Origin: a virus | Lineage: Duplodnaviria > Caudoviricetes | DNA: 64,000 nt | Direction: 5' to 3' (one strand) | Virus record (IMG/VR): IMGVR_UViG_3300033075_001228 | Shown: positions 19,217-28,574 of the stretch, one piece after another | Layout of the letters: every line of letters begins with the position of its first letter | Numbering within the stretch: position 1 is the first letter of the stretch | Position numbers and translations under genes: made by a program | Notes under the pieces: model-generated | Databases searched by the model: none | What the model saw: the letters and a program-made list of their open reading frames with translations, nothing else | What the model was told of the DNA's origin: nothing

Positions 19217-20863
19217 ATGGCCCACAGTCGTTTGAAGTGTCCAAATTGTGATGATGATTTCGGTCAGGAGGCACGGTTCCTTGATCACCTGACAGATGTT
19301 CATGGCGTTAGCGATCACCTGTCGTTGTACCTGCAGATTAATCACGATGGTGTTCAACCTACGTGCGGGTGTTCAGAAACGTGCCAGGAAAAGCTACCGT
19401 GGGCAGGTTGGAAGAAAGGCTTCGTTAGCAGGTTTGCACGAGGCCACAATGCAAAGGTCGATAGCACATTCCTTAACAAGGAACGTCAGGCAGAGATAGC
19501 AAAAAAGAGGATCGATGGCTTTCATTCTGGCAGGCTGAAATCGTGGAACCTTGGCTTGACGAAGGAGACTGACGAACGCATCAAGTTGTCAGCAGAAAAG
19601 ACGTCCGTCACCCTTAAATCTGGGTATGAATCAGGCTCAATTGCCAGCTGGCAGTCGTTAGATCCAGAAAGAGCAAAGTTAGCTAATCAAAAACAGTCTG
19701 CAACCAAAGCAACACGTTATGCTGCGGGTGAGCTGAAGGTTTGGAACCTTGGCAAGACAAAGGAAACAGATGAGCTTGTTGCAAGCATCGCTAAAAAGAT
19801 TTCAGCACGGTATAAGCTGCCTGACGCAGGGCATCGTATCAAACTTGCTGACCTGCAGCAGCGTATCAAAAAGCATGAAAGTAAGTTTACTTTGTTATCA
19901 AACCTCGATGAGTATGTGACTAGACGTGTGCAAAGGTTAAGGTTTCAGTGTGTAACGTGTCAACGTGAGGTCACCAAAAGCCTAGCAATGCTAGAAGAAA
20001 CACCAGTCTGCTTCGTCTGTCACCCGAAAGAGTCTAAGGGTCAGCTTGAACTGTTTGATTTTGTTAAAACGTTAGCTTTGGACGCAGTGCTTTCAGACAG
20101 GACAATATTGCAGGGGCTTGAGCTTGATGTGTTTGTCCCTTCACGTAGGTTTGGCATCGAATATGATGGCTTGTACTATCATAGTGAAGAATTTGCGAGC
20201 AACGATCGCGCTGCCAAAAAGATGCGAAAGGCAGATGAAAACAACGTTGCAGTCCTTCGCATCTTTGAAGATGAATGGCGTGATAAACGTCTGATCGTAG
20301 AAGCGATGATCAAGCATCGCTTAGGTTTGGCGACCCATAGGATCGGTGCTAGGCAGTGTAAGCTTAAGGAGCTGACGTCGTCAGAACGTCGTGTGTTCAT
20401 GGACGCATGTCATCTTGACGGTGACGTTAGGTCGAAGGCTGCATGGGGATTAGTCAGTGACGGTCAAATCATCGCAGCGCTATCGGTACGTCGACCATTT
20501 CATAAGATGCACAAAAATGCTTTAGAAGTTGCTCGATTTTGCCTAAAACCAGGGATCTCCGCTCCGGGCGCGTTGGCGCGTTTAGCTAAACACGCTCTGC
20601 AGCGTTCAAAGGAGATGGGTTACGATCGGCTCATGACTTACGTGGACCGTCGCGTTGGCAAAGGTGAAGGTTACGTAGCAGCAGGATTCAAGGTCGTGCG
20701 TACGACAAAGCCACGGTTCTGGTGGACTGACTACAAACATCGTTACGACAGGTTTTCTGTCCGTGCAGACGCAAAGAACGGGATCACGCAGGAACAAGCC
20801 GCGGAAGCTGCTGGCGTTGTCCGCGTCTGGGGCTGCCCAAACGTTTTGCTTGAGATGTCATAG
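19217..20863 (+). CDS. Hef-like homing endonuclease, paralogue of 16890..18560
   Basis: Same architecture: C2H2, CGC, WNLG(L/K)TKETDE repeats, 'ELDVFVPS..GIEYDGLYYH...IFEDEW', 'LMTYVDRR'; start 19202 or 19217. Confidence 0.7.
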   Translation: MAHSRLKCPNCDDDFGQEARFLDHLTDVHGVSDHLSLYLQINHDGVQPTCGCSETCQEKLPWAGWKKGFVSRFARGHNAKVDSTFLNKERQAEIAKKRIDGFHSGRLKSWNLGLTKETDERIKLSAEKTSVTLKSGYESGSIASWQSLDPERAKLANQKQSATKATRYAAGELKVWNLGKTKETDELVASIAKKISARYKLPDAGHRIKLADLQQRIKKHESKFTLLSNLDEYVTRRVQRLRFQCVTCQREVTKSLAMLEETPVCFVCHPKESKGQLELFDFVKTLALDAVLSDRTILQGLELDVFVPSRRFGIEYDGLYYHSEEFASNDRAAKKMRKADENNVAVLRIFEDEWRDKRLIVEAMIKHRLGLATHRIGARQCKLKELTSSERRVFMDACHLDGDVRSKAAWGLVSDGQIIAALSVRRPFHKMHKNALEVARFCLKPGISAPGALARLAKHALQRSKEMGYDRLMTYVDRRVGKGEGYVAAGFKVVRTTKPRFWWTDYKHRYDRFSVRADAKNGITQEQAAEAAGVVRVWGCPNVLLEMS

Positions 20864-20885
20864 GGGTGTGTGATAGTTATCGGTC

Positions 20886-21260
20886 ATGCGACTGACCAAA
20901 CGACAGCTAAGGCTCCTGATCAACGAAGAGGTAAAGAACCTTTCTGAGGCTCCGCCGCGCCGGCCGCTCGGCCGCAGAAACTATGCATCAGGCTTCGGCG
21001 TCAAGGACGACAGCAGGAAGCTGATGAAGCTTGCTGACCTCATCGCATCGTTCTTTGACGACGCTGTTGAGAACATGGATATCTCGGGCGTCGTCTCGTC
21101 CATCGTGTCAGCCATCGAGGCGCAGGGTGACGGCCTGGACGGCGTTGACATGGACGCGTTGGAGGCTGCGGTCGTCAAGGTGTGGCAGTCTGACTACGCA
21201 AAGAAGGTCATGAAGCTAAGTGAGCTGGTCAGCGACGTTCGTGACAAGCTCGATCGTTGA
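20886..21260 (+). CDS. Small protein with shared N-terminal helix (MRLTKRQLRLLINEE)
   Basis: Motif family member; ATAGTTA 6 nt upstream. Confidence 0.75.
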   Translation: MRLTKRQLRLLINEEVKNLSEAPPRRPLGRRNYASGFGVKDDSRKLMKLADLIASFFDDAVENMDISGVVSSIVSAIEAQGDGLDGVDMDALEAAVVKVWQSDYAKKVMKLSELVSDVRDKLDR

Positions 21261-21272
21261 ACGGAGCGTAAG

Positions 21273-21509
21273 ATGTTGACAGTGAAGAAGCTTCGGCGCC
21301 TGATCCGTGAAGAGCTTGACGCCTTGGAGTCATGGGAAGACAAGCCAAGGCAAGAGCGCCTGGCTTCGTTGTCAGAAGACGAGGAAGCTGCGCTTGCTGC
21401 TGCTTCTGCTTTGATGGATGCGCTTGATAAGATCGGTGACTACGACCATTTTGAACAGGTTGGTCGCGTGCTCAACAGCATGCGTAAGACCTATCAGTCT
21501 GGTAGATGA
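21273..21509 (+). CDS. Small protein with shared N-terminal helix (MLTVKKLRRLIREEL)
   Basis: Motif family member; GGAG RBS. Confidence 0.7.
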   Translation: MLTVKKLRRLIREELDALESWEDKPRQERLASLSEDEEAALAAASALMDALDKIGDYDHFEQVGRVLNSMRKTYQSGR

Positions 21510-21547
21510 ATGATGAATGACGAAATGACGAAATATCTATTGCTACC

Positions 21548-21835
21548 ATGAAGCTCACAGAACGACAGCTTAAGTCAATCATCAAGAAGGTAGTCGCTGA
21601 ATCATTTGAAGATCCAGAGAATCTATCCTCGGTGTGCAATCTTTCTGAGTTAAAGAGGCGAAACCCTAAGGCGTTTCAGGGGTATGTTGACATGTTCGTC
21701 GAGGACTGTCAAGACGAATTTTCGTTTGAGGACGGTAAGATCGTTGCATACCGTGAAGACGGCACCAAGCTTGAGTTTGATCCAAAGAGCACGTCTATGG
21801 ACGTTGGTCGTGGCTGGAAGCCATCGCGGTGGTAA
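21548..21835 (+). CDS. Small protein with shared N-terminal helix (MKLTERQLKSIIKKVVAE)
   Basis: Motif family member. Confidence 0.7.
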   Translation: MKLTERQLKSIIKKVVAESFEDPENLSSVCNLSELKRRNPKAFQGYVDMFVEDCQDEFSFEDGKIVAYREDGTKLEFDPKSTSMDVGRGWKPSRW

Positions 21836-21923
21836 TGATGAACGATATTAATTCGCTGTCATAGGCGAAACAACGTTTGAAAACCTCTGGGTTCGTGTAG
21901 TACGATGACCAGAGGTTTCTTGC

Positions 21924-22277
21924 ATGAAAATCCAGCATCACCAGCATAGTTTGATCGGCAACGAAACTAGCGTCGCTGCCGAGGCACTGGCAAAGATGAC
22001 AAAGCTGTTCTCAGAAGGTCGCCGCCCGCCCCGGGCCGCGCTCGACAGGATCGTTAGCTTTTTTCATAAGCGAGAGACGCCAGTGTTTCTTGGCCAGGTC
22101 GCGCTTGACATAGGCTACTCGCTCGACCAGACAGAGGCGATGCTAGAGGCGTTGATCGACGTCGGCATCGTGCGTCGCTTGACGTTAGATGAAAAGAAAA
22201 AGATCCACGACATGCACCCCAACGCGATGGTGTATGCACTAACTTGCCAGGCCAAGCCAGGGTTAGCTGGCTGGTGA
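21924..22277 (+). CDS. Hypothetical protein, possible winged-helix
   Basis: 'LGQVALDIGYSLDQTEAMLEALIDVGIV' has HTH-like spacing. Confidence 0.45.
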   Translation: MKIQHHQHSLIGNETSVAAEALAKMTKLFSEGRRPPRAALDRIVSFFHKRETPVFLGQVALDIGYSLDQTEAMLEALIDVGIVRRLTLDEKKKIHDMHPNAMVYALTCQAKPGLAGW

Positions 22278-22513
22278 TGCCCCGCGCCGGCCGCCAGCCG
22301 ATGGACTTTGAGCAGCTGCTGGTGCTGCAGGATGAGCTAGACAGCCAGCTGTGTAACAGGCAGATCACCTGGGAGCAATATGAAAATGAGTGGCTGTCGT
22401 TGCTAAAGGCTGCAGGCTGGACGCACAGCGAGTATGAACGAGAGATCGACGAAAGGTGGGACCGCCTCGACGCGTTGAGGACTAAGCCTTCACGTAGGTT
22501 TGGCATGGCATAG
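22277..22513 (+). CDS. Hypothetical protein
   Basis: ORF 22244..22513; likely start at an internal ATG. Confidence 0.45.
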   Translation: MPRAGRQPMDFEQLLVLQDELDSQLCNRQITWEQYENEWLSLLKAAGWTHSEYEREIDERWDRLDALRTKPSRRFGMA

Positions 22514-22593
22514 CAATTAGTCGGTACGTCTCTTTGAGGGTTGTTACATTTACGACGCTAACGGTGAATGTTACAATCTTACGAGGAGACTGA

Positions 22594-23463
22594 ATGTCAG
22601 ACGAACGTGAGCAACGAAACCAGGTTTTTGCTGCGGCAGCACCGCAGGTAGACCCTAGGATCCCGACGGTGTCAGCTGTCGACAAGGTCAAGGCGGAATT
22701 TGGCGTGGACATCCCAGTTGAGCTTGTCCCGCTTCCGTCAGGAGGCAAGGTCTACCCTCCTGCGCATCCATTTCACGGCAAAGACAGGATCGAGATTCGA
22801 GCGATGACAGCCCGGGAAGAAGACATCCTGACCAACAGCGCCTTCCTTAAGAAGGGAACCGTCATCACTGAGCTGATCAAGTCATGCCTTGTTGACCGTA
22901 ACGTTAACCCAAGGGAGCTGTTGACAGGCGACCGTAACGCATTGATGGTTGCGATCAGGGTGACTGGCTACGGCCATGAATACGACGCAGAGGTAGAATG
23001 CAACGAGTGCGGCGCAAAGACAAACCAGCAGTTCAACCTTGCGCAGCTGCCGATTGACTCGTTGGGGATCGATCCGATCGAGCCGGGTGTGAACCTCTTT
23101 GAGTTTAGGCTTCCATACAGCAAGAAGGTCGTCAAGTTTAGGTTCATGACTGGCCAGGACGAAGAAGAGATCGTTGCAACACAGGCAAAGCAAAAGAAGC
23201 TTGGGCTTCAGGCCGAGGCGTCAGTCACCACGTCGTTGCTGTACAGCATCGTTTCGATCGATGGTGTAGACGACAGGTCAAAGATCGCAGGGTTCGCCAG
23301 GATGATGCCTGCACGTGACTCGCTGGCGTTACGAAACTACATCAAGGCCAACGAGCCTGGGATCAGGATGAAGCAGGAAACCACTTGCACGGCCTGCGGG
23401 CACACAGACGAGGCGGTGATGCCAATCGGCATCCAGTTTCTCTGGCCAGGAGCGGGACGCTAA
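22594..23463 (+). CDS. Baseplate hub assembly / tail assembly chaperone (T4 gp26-like)
   Basis: 'LPSGG..Y...RAMTAREEDIL...GDRNALM.AIR..GYG', two CxxC pairs, ends FLWP; GAGGAG RBS. Confidence 0.7.
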   Translation: MSDEREQRNQVFAAAAPQVDPRIPTVSAVDKVKAEFGVDIPVELVPLPSGGKVYPPAHPFHGKDRIEIRAMTAREEDILTNSAFLKKGTVITELIKSCLVDRNVNPRELLTGDRNALMVAIRVTGYGHEYDAEVECNECGAKTNQQFNLAQLPIDSLGIDPIEPGVNLFEFRLPYSKKVVKFRFMTGQDEEEIVATQAKQKKLGLQAEASVTTSLLYSIVSIDGVDDRSKIAGFARMMPARDSLALRNYIKANEPGIRMKQETTCTACGHTDEAVMPIGIQFLWPGAGR

Positions 23464-23530
23464 CCAGGCATTTTTCGGGCTAGGACCAGCCGACAAGGAG
23501 CAGCTGATCCTTGAGCCTGCATTCATTCTG

Positions 23531-23743
23531 ATGTACTACGGCGGTTTCCTTTGGCATGAGACCTTGCACCTTCCTGTGTCATACAAACGTTGGTTTGTCG
23601 ACAGGATCAGCAAGGAGCTAAGCAAAGGCGCAGAGCAGGGCACAAACCAGACGCGTGCCCTGCACCAAAACTCTCCTGACATTCGTTCTGCCCAGGGCAT
23701 GACGAGGCCTCAGGCTCCTTCACGATTGAGGCGCTTTAGCTAA
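23531..23743 (+). CDS. Small tail/baseplate assembly protein (gp51-like), possibly a frameshift extension of the upstream gene
   Basis: 'MYYGGF.W.E...LP..Y.RWF'; frame is open from 23420. Confidence 0.55.
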   Translation: MYYGGFLWHETLHLPVSYKRWFVDRISKELSKGAEQGTNQTRALHQNSPDIRSAQGMTRPQAPSRLRRFS

Positions 23744-23786
23744 CGTGTGGCCTGGGTCGTTGCGGCTAACATACTTACAGTGCAAG

Positions 23787-24128
23787 ATGGAAGACGAACG
23801 TAAGCAGCCTCTCAACGAGCTGAAACTGAACCTTCTTGGTAAGATTTTTTTTGCAACGTGCGCTGCATGGCTAGTTGGCAAGGCCACGAACATGAAAATT
23901 CGTGGGACTCAGGACGAGGTTCAAGCTGTTGCTGATGCAATGATGGCATCAAGGCGTTTTCAGGATGAGCTGCGCCGTCCCGGAGCGACCGTTGAATCGG
24001 TCATGGAGAAGCTCGGTTTGAAGCATGCATCAGCAAGGGAATTTGAGAGGATCCTTGGCATTGCATGGCCTCTCGTTGTTCTTATAACGTTGGGTGCCGC
24101 AGGTTTCATCCCTGTCGTCTCAGCCTGA
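23787..24128 (+). CDS. Hypothetical protein upstream of the tape measure gene
   Basis: ATG 9 nt after ATACTTA motif. Confidence 0.6.
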   Translation: MEDERKQPLNELKLNLLGKIFFATCAAWLVGKATNMKIRGTQDEVQAVADAMMASRRFQDELRRPGATVESVMEKLGLKHASAREFERILGIAWPLVVLITLGAAGFIPVVSA

Positions 24129-24146
24129 AGAATAGGTTGACAGGGA

Positions 24147-27100
24147 ATGGCGACGAAAGAAGAGCTTAGCGAACAGTTAGCTGTTACCCAAAAGCTAGCG
24201 GTAGCCGTTGAGTCGATGGCCCGCGCAATGGCCCGTGTTGAGTCATCGTACGACACACAGATTGCGTCCGTGGAAAAGCTGACGCGAGCAATAGAGCAGC
24301 TGCGAGGCGTTGACCTGAGCGGCCTCAACCAGACAAAGCTTTCGAACGTTCAAAAGGAGTTTAGGCAATCAACGAAGGAGGTCACCACGTTGTCGGGACG
24401 GCTCAAGGACCTCGGCAACAACATGACCAAAAAGTTTCCCGTGGCCGCTGCTGCGACGACAGCTGCCTTAAGCGGCTTTGTGCAGGGGCTTCGTAACGTT
24501 GTTGCGGTGGGAAAGGTTACGAGCGGGTTCCTGTACGGCCTTGTCGACACGATGGGCTCTGTCTCCGCCAGCATCATCGCAATTCCATTCAAAATGTTTA
24601 ACGCCCTTGTCGACACTGCTGCTGCTGCCGGCGGCGGAATGAACGAACTTGCCCAGGCGATTGAGAACCTTAGAAAGGAAATGGGTGACCTCAAGGGACC
24701 CGGAGCAAAGGCGGTAATTGACACCTCAAAGACGCTCAAAGGATTTTCTGACACAGGCCTGAGCACCTTCAGGGTGTTTGGAACGTTGGCTGAGCGGCTT
24801 GAGCTCGTGACGAAGGTCGCAGTCGCCATGGGCGCAACGTTTGGAACGCTTCGACATGAGTTTGAGAGCAACGGCGGTGCGTTGCTGGCGTTTCAGAAGG
24901 CGTTGGGCGTCTCTGAGGAGGGAATGAAGGCCATCGGCGACAGGGCGATCACCGTTGGAAAGCCGATGACAAAGGTCTTCATGGACATGACAAAGCAGAC
25001 CTTGGCGCTTGGCAAGGCATTTGACATCGACCAAAAGCTGATCGGCAAGGACATGACGAAGGCGTTGCTCGACGTCAGGCACTTCGGCGCGCTGACTGTC
25101 AAGGAGATAGGCCAGGCGTCTGTGTATGCACGCAAGCTAGGCATCGAGCTTGACAAGATCGTCGGCACGCTTGATGCGTTTGAGACGTTTGACTCAGCGG
25201 CCGAGAACGCAGCCAAGCTTTCACAGGCATTTGGCGTTAACATTGATGCGTTCAAGCTCATGGAGGCGCAGAACCCAGCCGAGCAGCTGGACATGCTGCG
25301 AAAGTCGTTTAGGTCTGCTGGCGTTGACGCAAGCCAGTTTACAAGGCAACAGGCAAAGCTGCTTGCCCAGACGACAAACCTTGACGAGGCGACCGTTCGT
25401 CAGGCGTTTTCAGCGAAAAACTACGGCGTCTCGCTGCAGGACGTCAGGAAGAAGAGCGAGGCCGCTGAGAAGCATGCGTTGACGCAGGCCGAGGCGATGT
25501 CAAAGCTTGCTGACAGCATCGAACGAATGGTCAAGTCAGGCGGCGGACAGGAGGGCGGCTTTTGGCAGATGTTCATCAAGGGCATCCTTGGGGGCCTGCA
25601 ATCGACGAAGGAGTTTAGGGAGATCATCTGGAGCATCAAGCGTAGCCTGCAGCTCGTCTACTTTGAGGGCGTAAAGCTCGGCAAGATGCTGCCGAAGCTC
25701 ATACCAGACATGGGCGAGTTCCTGAAGGGAATCAAGGAGTTTTTTGACCCTGCCAAGTTCACCAGGCTGTTTGGCGGCATCACCAAGGCAGTGACAGAGT
25801 TTTTGTCAGGCAAGATGGACTTCAAGGGGCTGATGGACCGCCTCCAAAAGGAGTTCTTTAGCTTCTTTGACAGCGAGTCTCCGTCCGGTAAAAAGATGCT
25901 TGACAGCTTCAAAAAGATCTTTCAGAAGCTTGCCAAGGTAACGGGCGAGGGAATAAAGTGGGCGTCTGACCAGATCGCCAACGGCCTTAAGACGTTGACA
26001 GAGTTTCTTAGGGACCCGAGCGCGTTCCTTGCCAAGGCCTCCGCCGGCGGCTCGGGCGCAATGAAGTTTGCTATTGAGACGTTGACGCCAATCGCTGAGG
26101 CGCTTAAGCACGCATGGAAGGTTCTATACCCTGCGTTCAAGGAGCTGATGATCGTTGTCTGGGGCAAGGTCAAGGGCTTTTTCGCCTCGTCTGAGTTTCA
26201 TGGCAGCATCACGCCGATGCTGCCATACATCGCTGGCGCCCTTTTTGGACCATCGTTGCTGAAGGCGTTGACCGTGGCAGCCATTTCGTCGCTCGGCAAG
26301 TCTGTCTTCGGCATGATAACCAGCGTCTTCACCGGTCCAGCGGCTGAAAAGGGCGCAGAAAGCGCAGCCAAGGGCTTGGGACGAATCTTTGGAAAGAGCT
26401 TTGGGAGCTTCGGCAAGTTCATGGGTCCGATCGGCATCGCGTTAGCGATCGCTGACGTGTCTGTCAACATCAAGAACGCAATGGACAAGTTCCAGGCTGA
26501 CCTTGCGCCTAAGTTTGGTGAAACCGAGGCAAAGGTAGGCGCTGGCGCAGCTGGCATCATCAATGCATTGACATTGGGCCTGCTTCCAAAAAACTTCCAG
26601 GCAAAGATCGCAGAGACGATCGCCAACCTAGCGAACAAGCTGTTTAAGGCTATTGAAGACTACTTTGGCGAAAAGTTCACCAAGCGGATAAAAGACTATG
26701 TTTCAAGCACGCTAGACATCTTTTCATCCATTGGGCAGCTGATCAAGGACATCTTCGCCGGCAACGAGAGCGGCATTGCTGACAGCCTCGTTGTCGTTGG
26801 GCAAAAGATCATTGACAAGATAGGCGCTGAGATCATGCTGATGATCGAGCTGATCCCAACGTTAGCCGTGCAGATGCTGAAGTTTGGCTACAAGTTTCTC
26901 GGCAGCATCTTTCACGTGCTGTCAAAGGTGTTCGCAAAGGGCGATAAGATTCCTGTCTTTGGCTGGTTGTTTAAGGCGTTGTCCAAGATCCTTAATTTCA
27001 TGGGTGACGTATACGAAAGCGTGAGCGTTGCGCTTGGAAAGCTTGCAGGCCTTTTCAAGGAAAACGGCGTTCTTGGAACGATTGGGGGCGTGTTTACCTC

Positions 27101-28280
27101 GATCTGGAACTCGATCAAGGCAGGATGGAATGCAGTCGTTAACTTCTTCAAGGCAACCATTGAGCTGCTCATCTCGCCTTTTGTCAAGACGTGGAACGTC
27201 ATCAAGGAGACATGGACAGCTGCTGCGACATGGTTTGACACAAACGTTGTCACCCCTGTGGTCGCAGTGTTTAAACAGGTGCCAACCTACATCAAGGAAA
27301 AATTTGCTGGTGCATGGATGAGCGTAAAGTCCGTGTGGACAGGCGTGACAACGTTTTTCACGGACAACGTTTGGTCGCCCATCAAAAAGGTGTTTGTCGG
27401 AGACGGAGAAGGAAACGGCGGCATCATCGGCACGATCAAGGGAGCGTTCACTGGCGCCTGGGACGCTGTTAAGGAAGTCTTTAGCCTTAAGGCGATTAAC
27501 GATCTCTTTGGCAAGGTTGTTACTGGTATCGCTAAGAAGCTTGATGAGCTCTTGAAGATTCCAGTCTTCTCTGAGATGATCGCTGTGGCCAAAAAGGTGT
27601 TTGACATCAAGAGCCCTTCAAGGGTATTCATGAAGATCGGAAGCCAGCTGTCCGACGGCATGAGCCTTGGCCTTGCTGGGCTGCCAACAGAGGTCGGGAA
27701 GCGAATGAGCGAGGCTGCAAAGGTGGCTGCTAAAGGCGCAGCCCCAATCGCAGCCCAGGTCCAAAAAGCAACGCCACAAGACGTTAACGCTGCTCCGGGA
27801 GCAGCTGCGGTAAAGGGCGCTGCTGCGGTGGAGAAGCAGATGAGCGAGCTGCAGCAGAAGGCAGGTAGCATCACAGCTAACGCAAATGCGTTTGCCAACG
27901 CTGTCTCTAAGGGCGGCCTGGCGCCAGCCTTGAAGGCAGTCGAAGACATGGTCAAGCTCGTCAACCAGCTTAACGACACCCTCAACAACCTGCCAAAGAT
28001 CGACATCAGCGCAAAGCTAGGTTCGGTTGCCAAGTCCGCTGGACTTGGTTCAAAGGGGTCATGGACGATCAAAAACAAGGAGGTTGTGCTTAACATCCAC
28101 CTCAACGTGACAATGAACGTTGACGAGGTTGAAAAGGTCCTGATTCTAAGGAAGAACTCGTTGGTTCGTGACAGAATCAACCTCGCGCTAGACTCAGACA
28201 AGAACCTGCAGCCTGCCAAGCTGCCTGACAACCCGAACAGCCCAACACAGGTTCCGTTTGCTGCTTCCAAGGCTGAGTGA
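24147..28280 (+). CDS. Tape measure protein
   Basis: 1377 aa, A/K/G-rich and helical, periodic W/F repeats, 'IKSPSRVF' motif; follows tube and chaperone genes. Confidence 0.9.
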   Translation: MATKEELSEQLAVTQKLAVAVESMARAMARVESSYDTQIASVEKLTRAIEQLRGVDLSGLNQTKLSNVQKEFRQSTKEVTTLSGRLKDLGNNMTKKFPVAAAATTAALSGFVQGLRNVVAVGKVTSGFLYGLVDTMGSVSASIIAIPFKMFNALVDTAAAAGGGMNELAQAIENLRKEMGDLKGPGAKAVIDTSKTLKGFSDTGLSTFRVFGTLAERLELVTKVAVAMGATFGTLRHEFESNGGALLAFQKALGVSEEGMKAIGDRAITVGKPMTKVFMDMTKQTLALGKAFDIDQKLIGKDMTKALLDVRHFGALTVKEIGQASVYARKLGIELDKIVGTLDAFETFDSAAENAAKLSQAFGVNIDAFKLMEAQNPAEQLDMLRKSFRSAGVDASQFTRQQAKLLAQTTNLDEATVRQAFSAKNYGVSLQDVRKKSEAAEKHALTQAEAMSKLADSIERMVKSGGGQEGGFWQMFIKGILGGLQSTKEFREIIWSIKRSLQLVYFEGVKLGKMLPKLIPDMGEFLKGIKEFFDPAKFTRLFGGITKAVTEFLSGKMDFKGLMDRLQKEFFSFFDSESPSGKKMLDSFKKIFQKLAKVTGEGIKWASDQIANGLKTLTEFLRDPSAFLAKASAGGSGAMKFAIETLTPIAEALKHAWKVLYPAFKELMIVVWGKVKGFFASSEFHGSITPMLPYIAGALFGPSLLKALTVAAISSLGKSVFGMITSVFTGPAAEKGAESAAKGLGRIFGKSFGSFGKFMGPIGIALAIADVSVNIKNAMDKFQADLAPKFGETEAKVGAGAAGIINALTLGLLPKNFQAKIAETIANLANKLFKAIEDYFGEKFTKRIKDYVSSTLDIFSSIGQLIKDIFAGNESGIADSLVVVGQKIIDKIGAEIMLMIELIPTLAVQMLKFGYKFLGSIFHVLSKVFAKGDKIPVFGWLFKALSKILNFMGDVYESVSVALGKLAGLFKENGVLGTIGGVFTSIWNSIKAGWNAVVNFFKATIELLISPFVKTWNVIKETWTAAATWFDTNVVTPVVAVFKQVPTYIKEKFAGAWMSVKSVWTGVTTFFTDNVWSPIKKVFVGDGEGNGGIIGTIKGAFTGAWDAVKEVFSLKAINDLFGKVVTGIAKKLDELLKIPVFSEMIAVAKKVFDIKSPSRVFMKIGSQLSDGMSLGLAGLPTEVGKRMSEAAKVAAKGAAPIAAQVQKATPQDVNAAPGAAAVKGAAAVEKQMSELQQKAGSITANANAFANAVSKGGLAPALKAVEDMVKLVNQLNDTLNNLPKIDISAKLGSVAKSAGLGSKGSWTIKNKEVVLNIHLNVTMNVDEVEKVLILRKNSLVRDRINLALDSDKNLQPAKLPDNPNSPTQVPFAASKAE

Positions 28281-28298
28281 TGCAGGATAGATTGAGCC

Positions 28299-28574
28299 AT
28301 GCTGTCAAAGAAAGAACTCATCAAGCGTTTAAGAAATGACCCGATGTACCTTGAGGCCCTTAAGATGGCCCAAACAGACGAGGAACGTCGCCGCATTATC
28401 GCCCTCACGGAAGGGTTTTTGTCAAGCTTTGTTGACTCAATGACGCCGCTCGCTGCTAAGGCAGCTAGCGATCCTGCATACGCTGAAAAACTTCGTGAGG
28501 CTCTAAGGACGCCCGGTCGTTTAATTAACGAGAGCGACGGCAACGTTGTTGACGATCAAAAGGCAAAGGGCTGA
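28299..28574 (+). CDS. Hypothetical protein
   Basis: 91-aa ORF; stop overlaps the next start. Confidence 0.6.
   Translation: MLSKKELIKRLRNDPMYLEALKMAQTDEERRRIIALTEGFLSSFVDSMTPLAAKAASDPAYAEKLREALRTPGRLINESDGNVVDDQKAKG

Noticed and set aside
27287-28543. 418-aa minus-strand ORF and other long antisense ORFs (e.g. 14027..14845, 10616..11245)
   Set aside because: They are shadows of codon-biased + strand genes and have no recognisable motifs.
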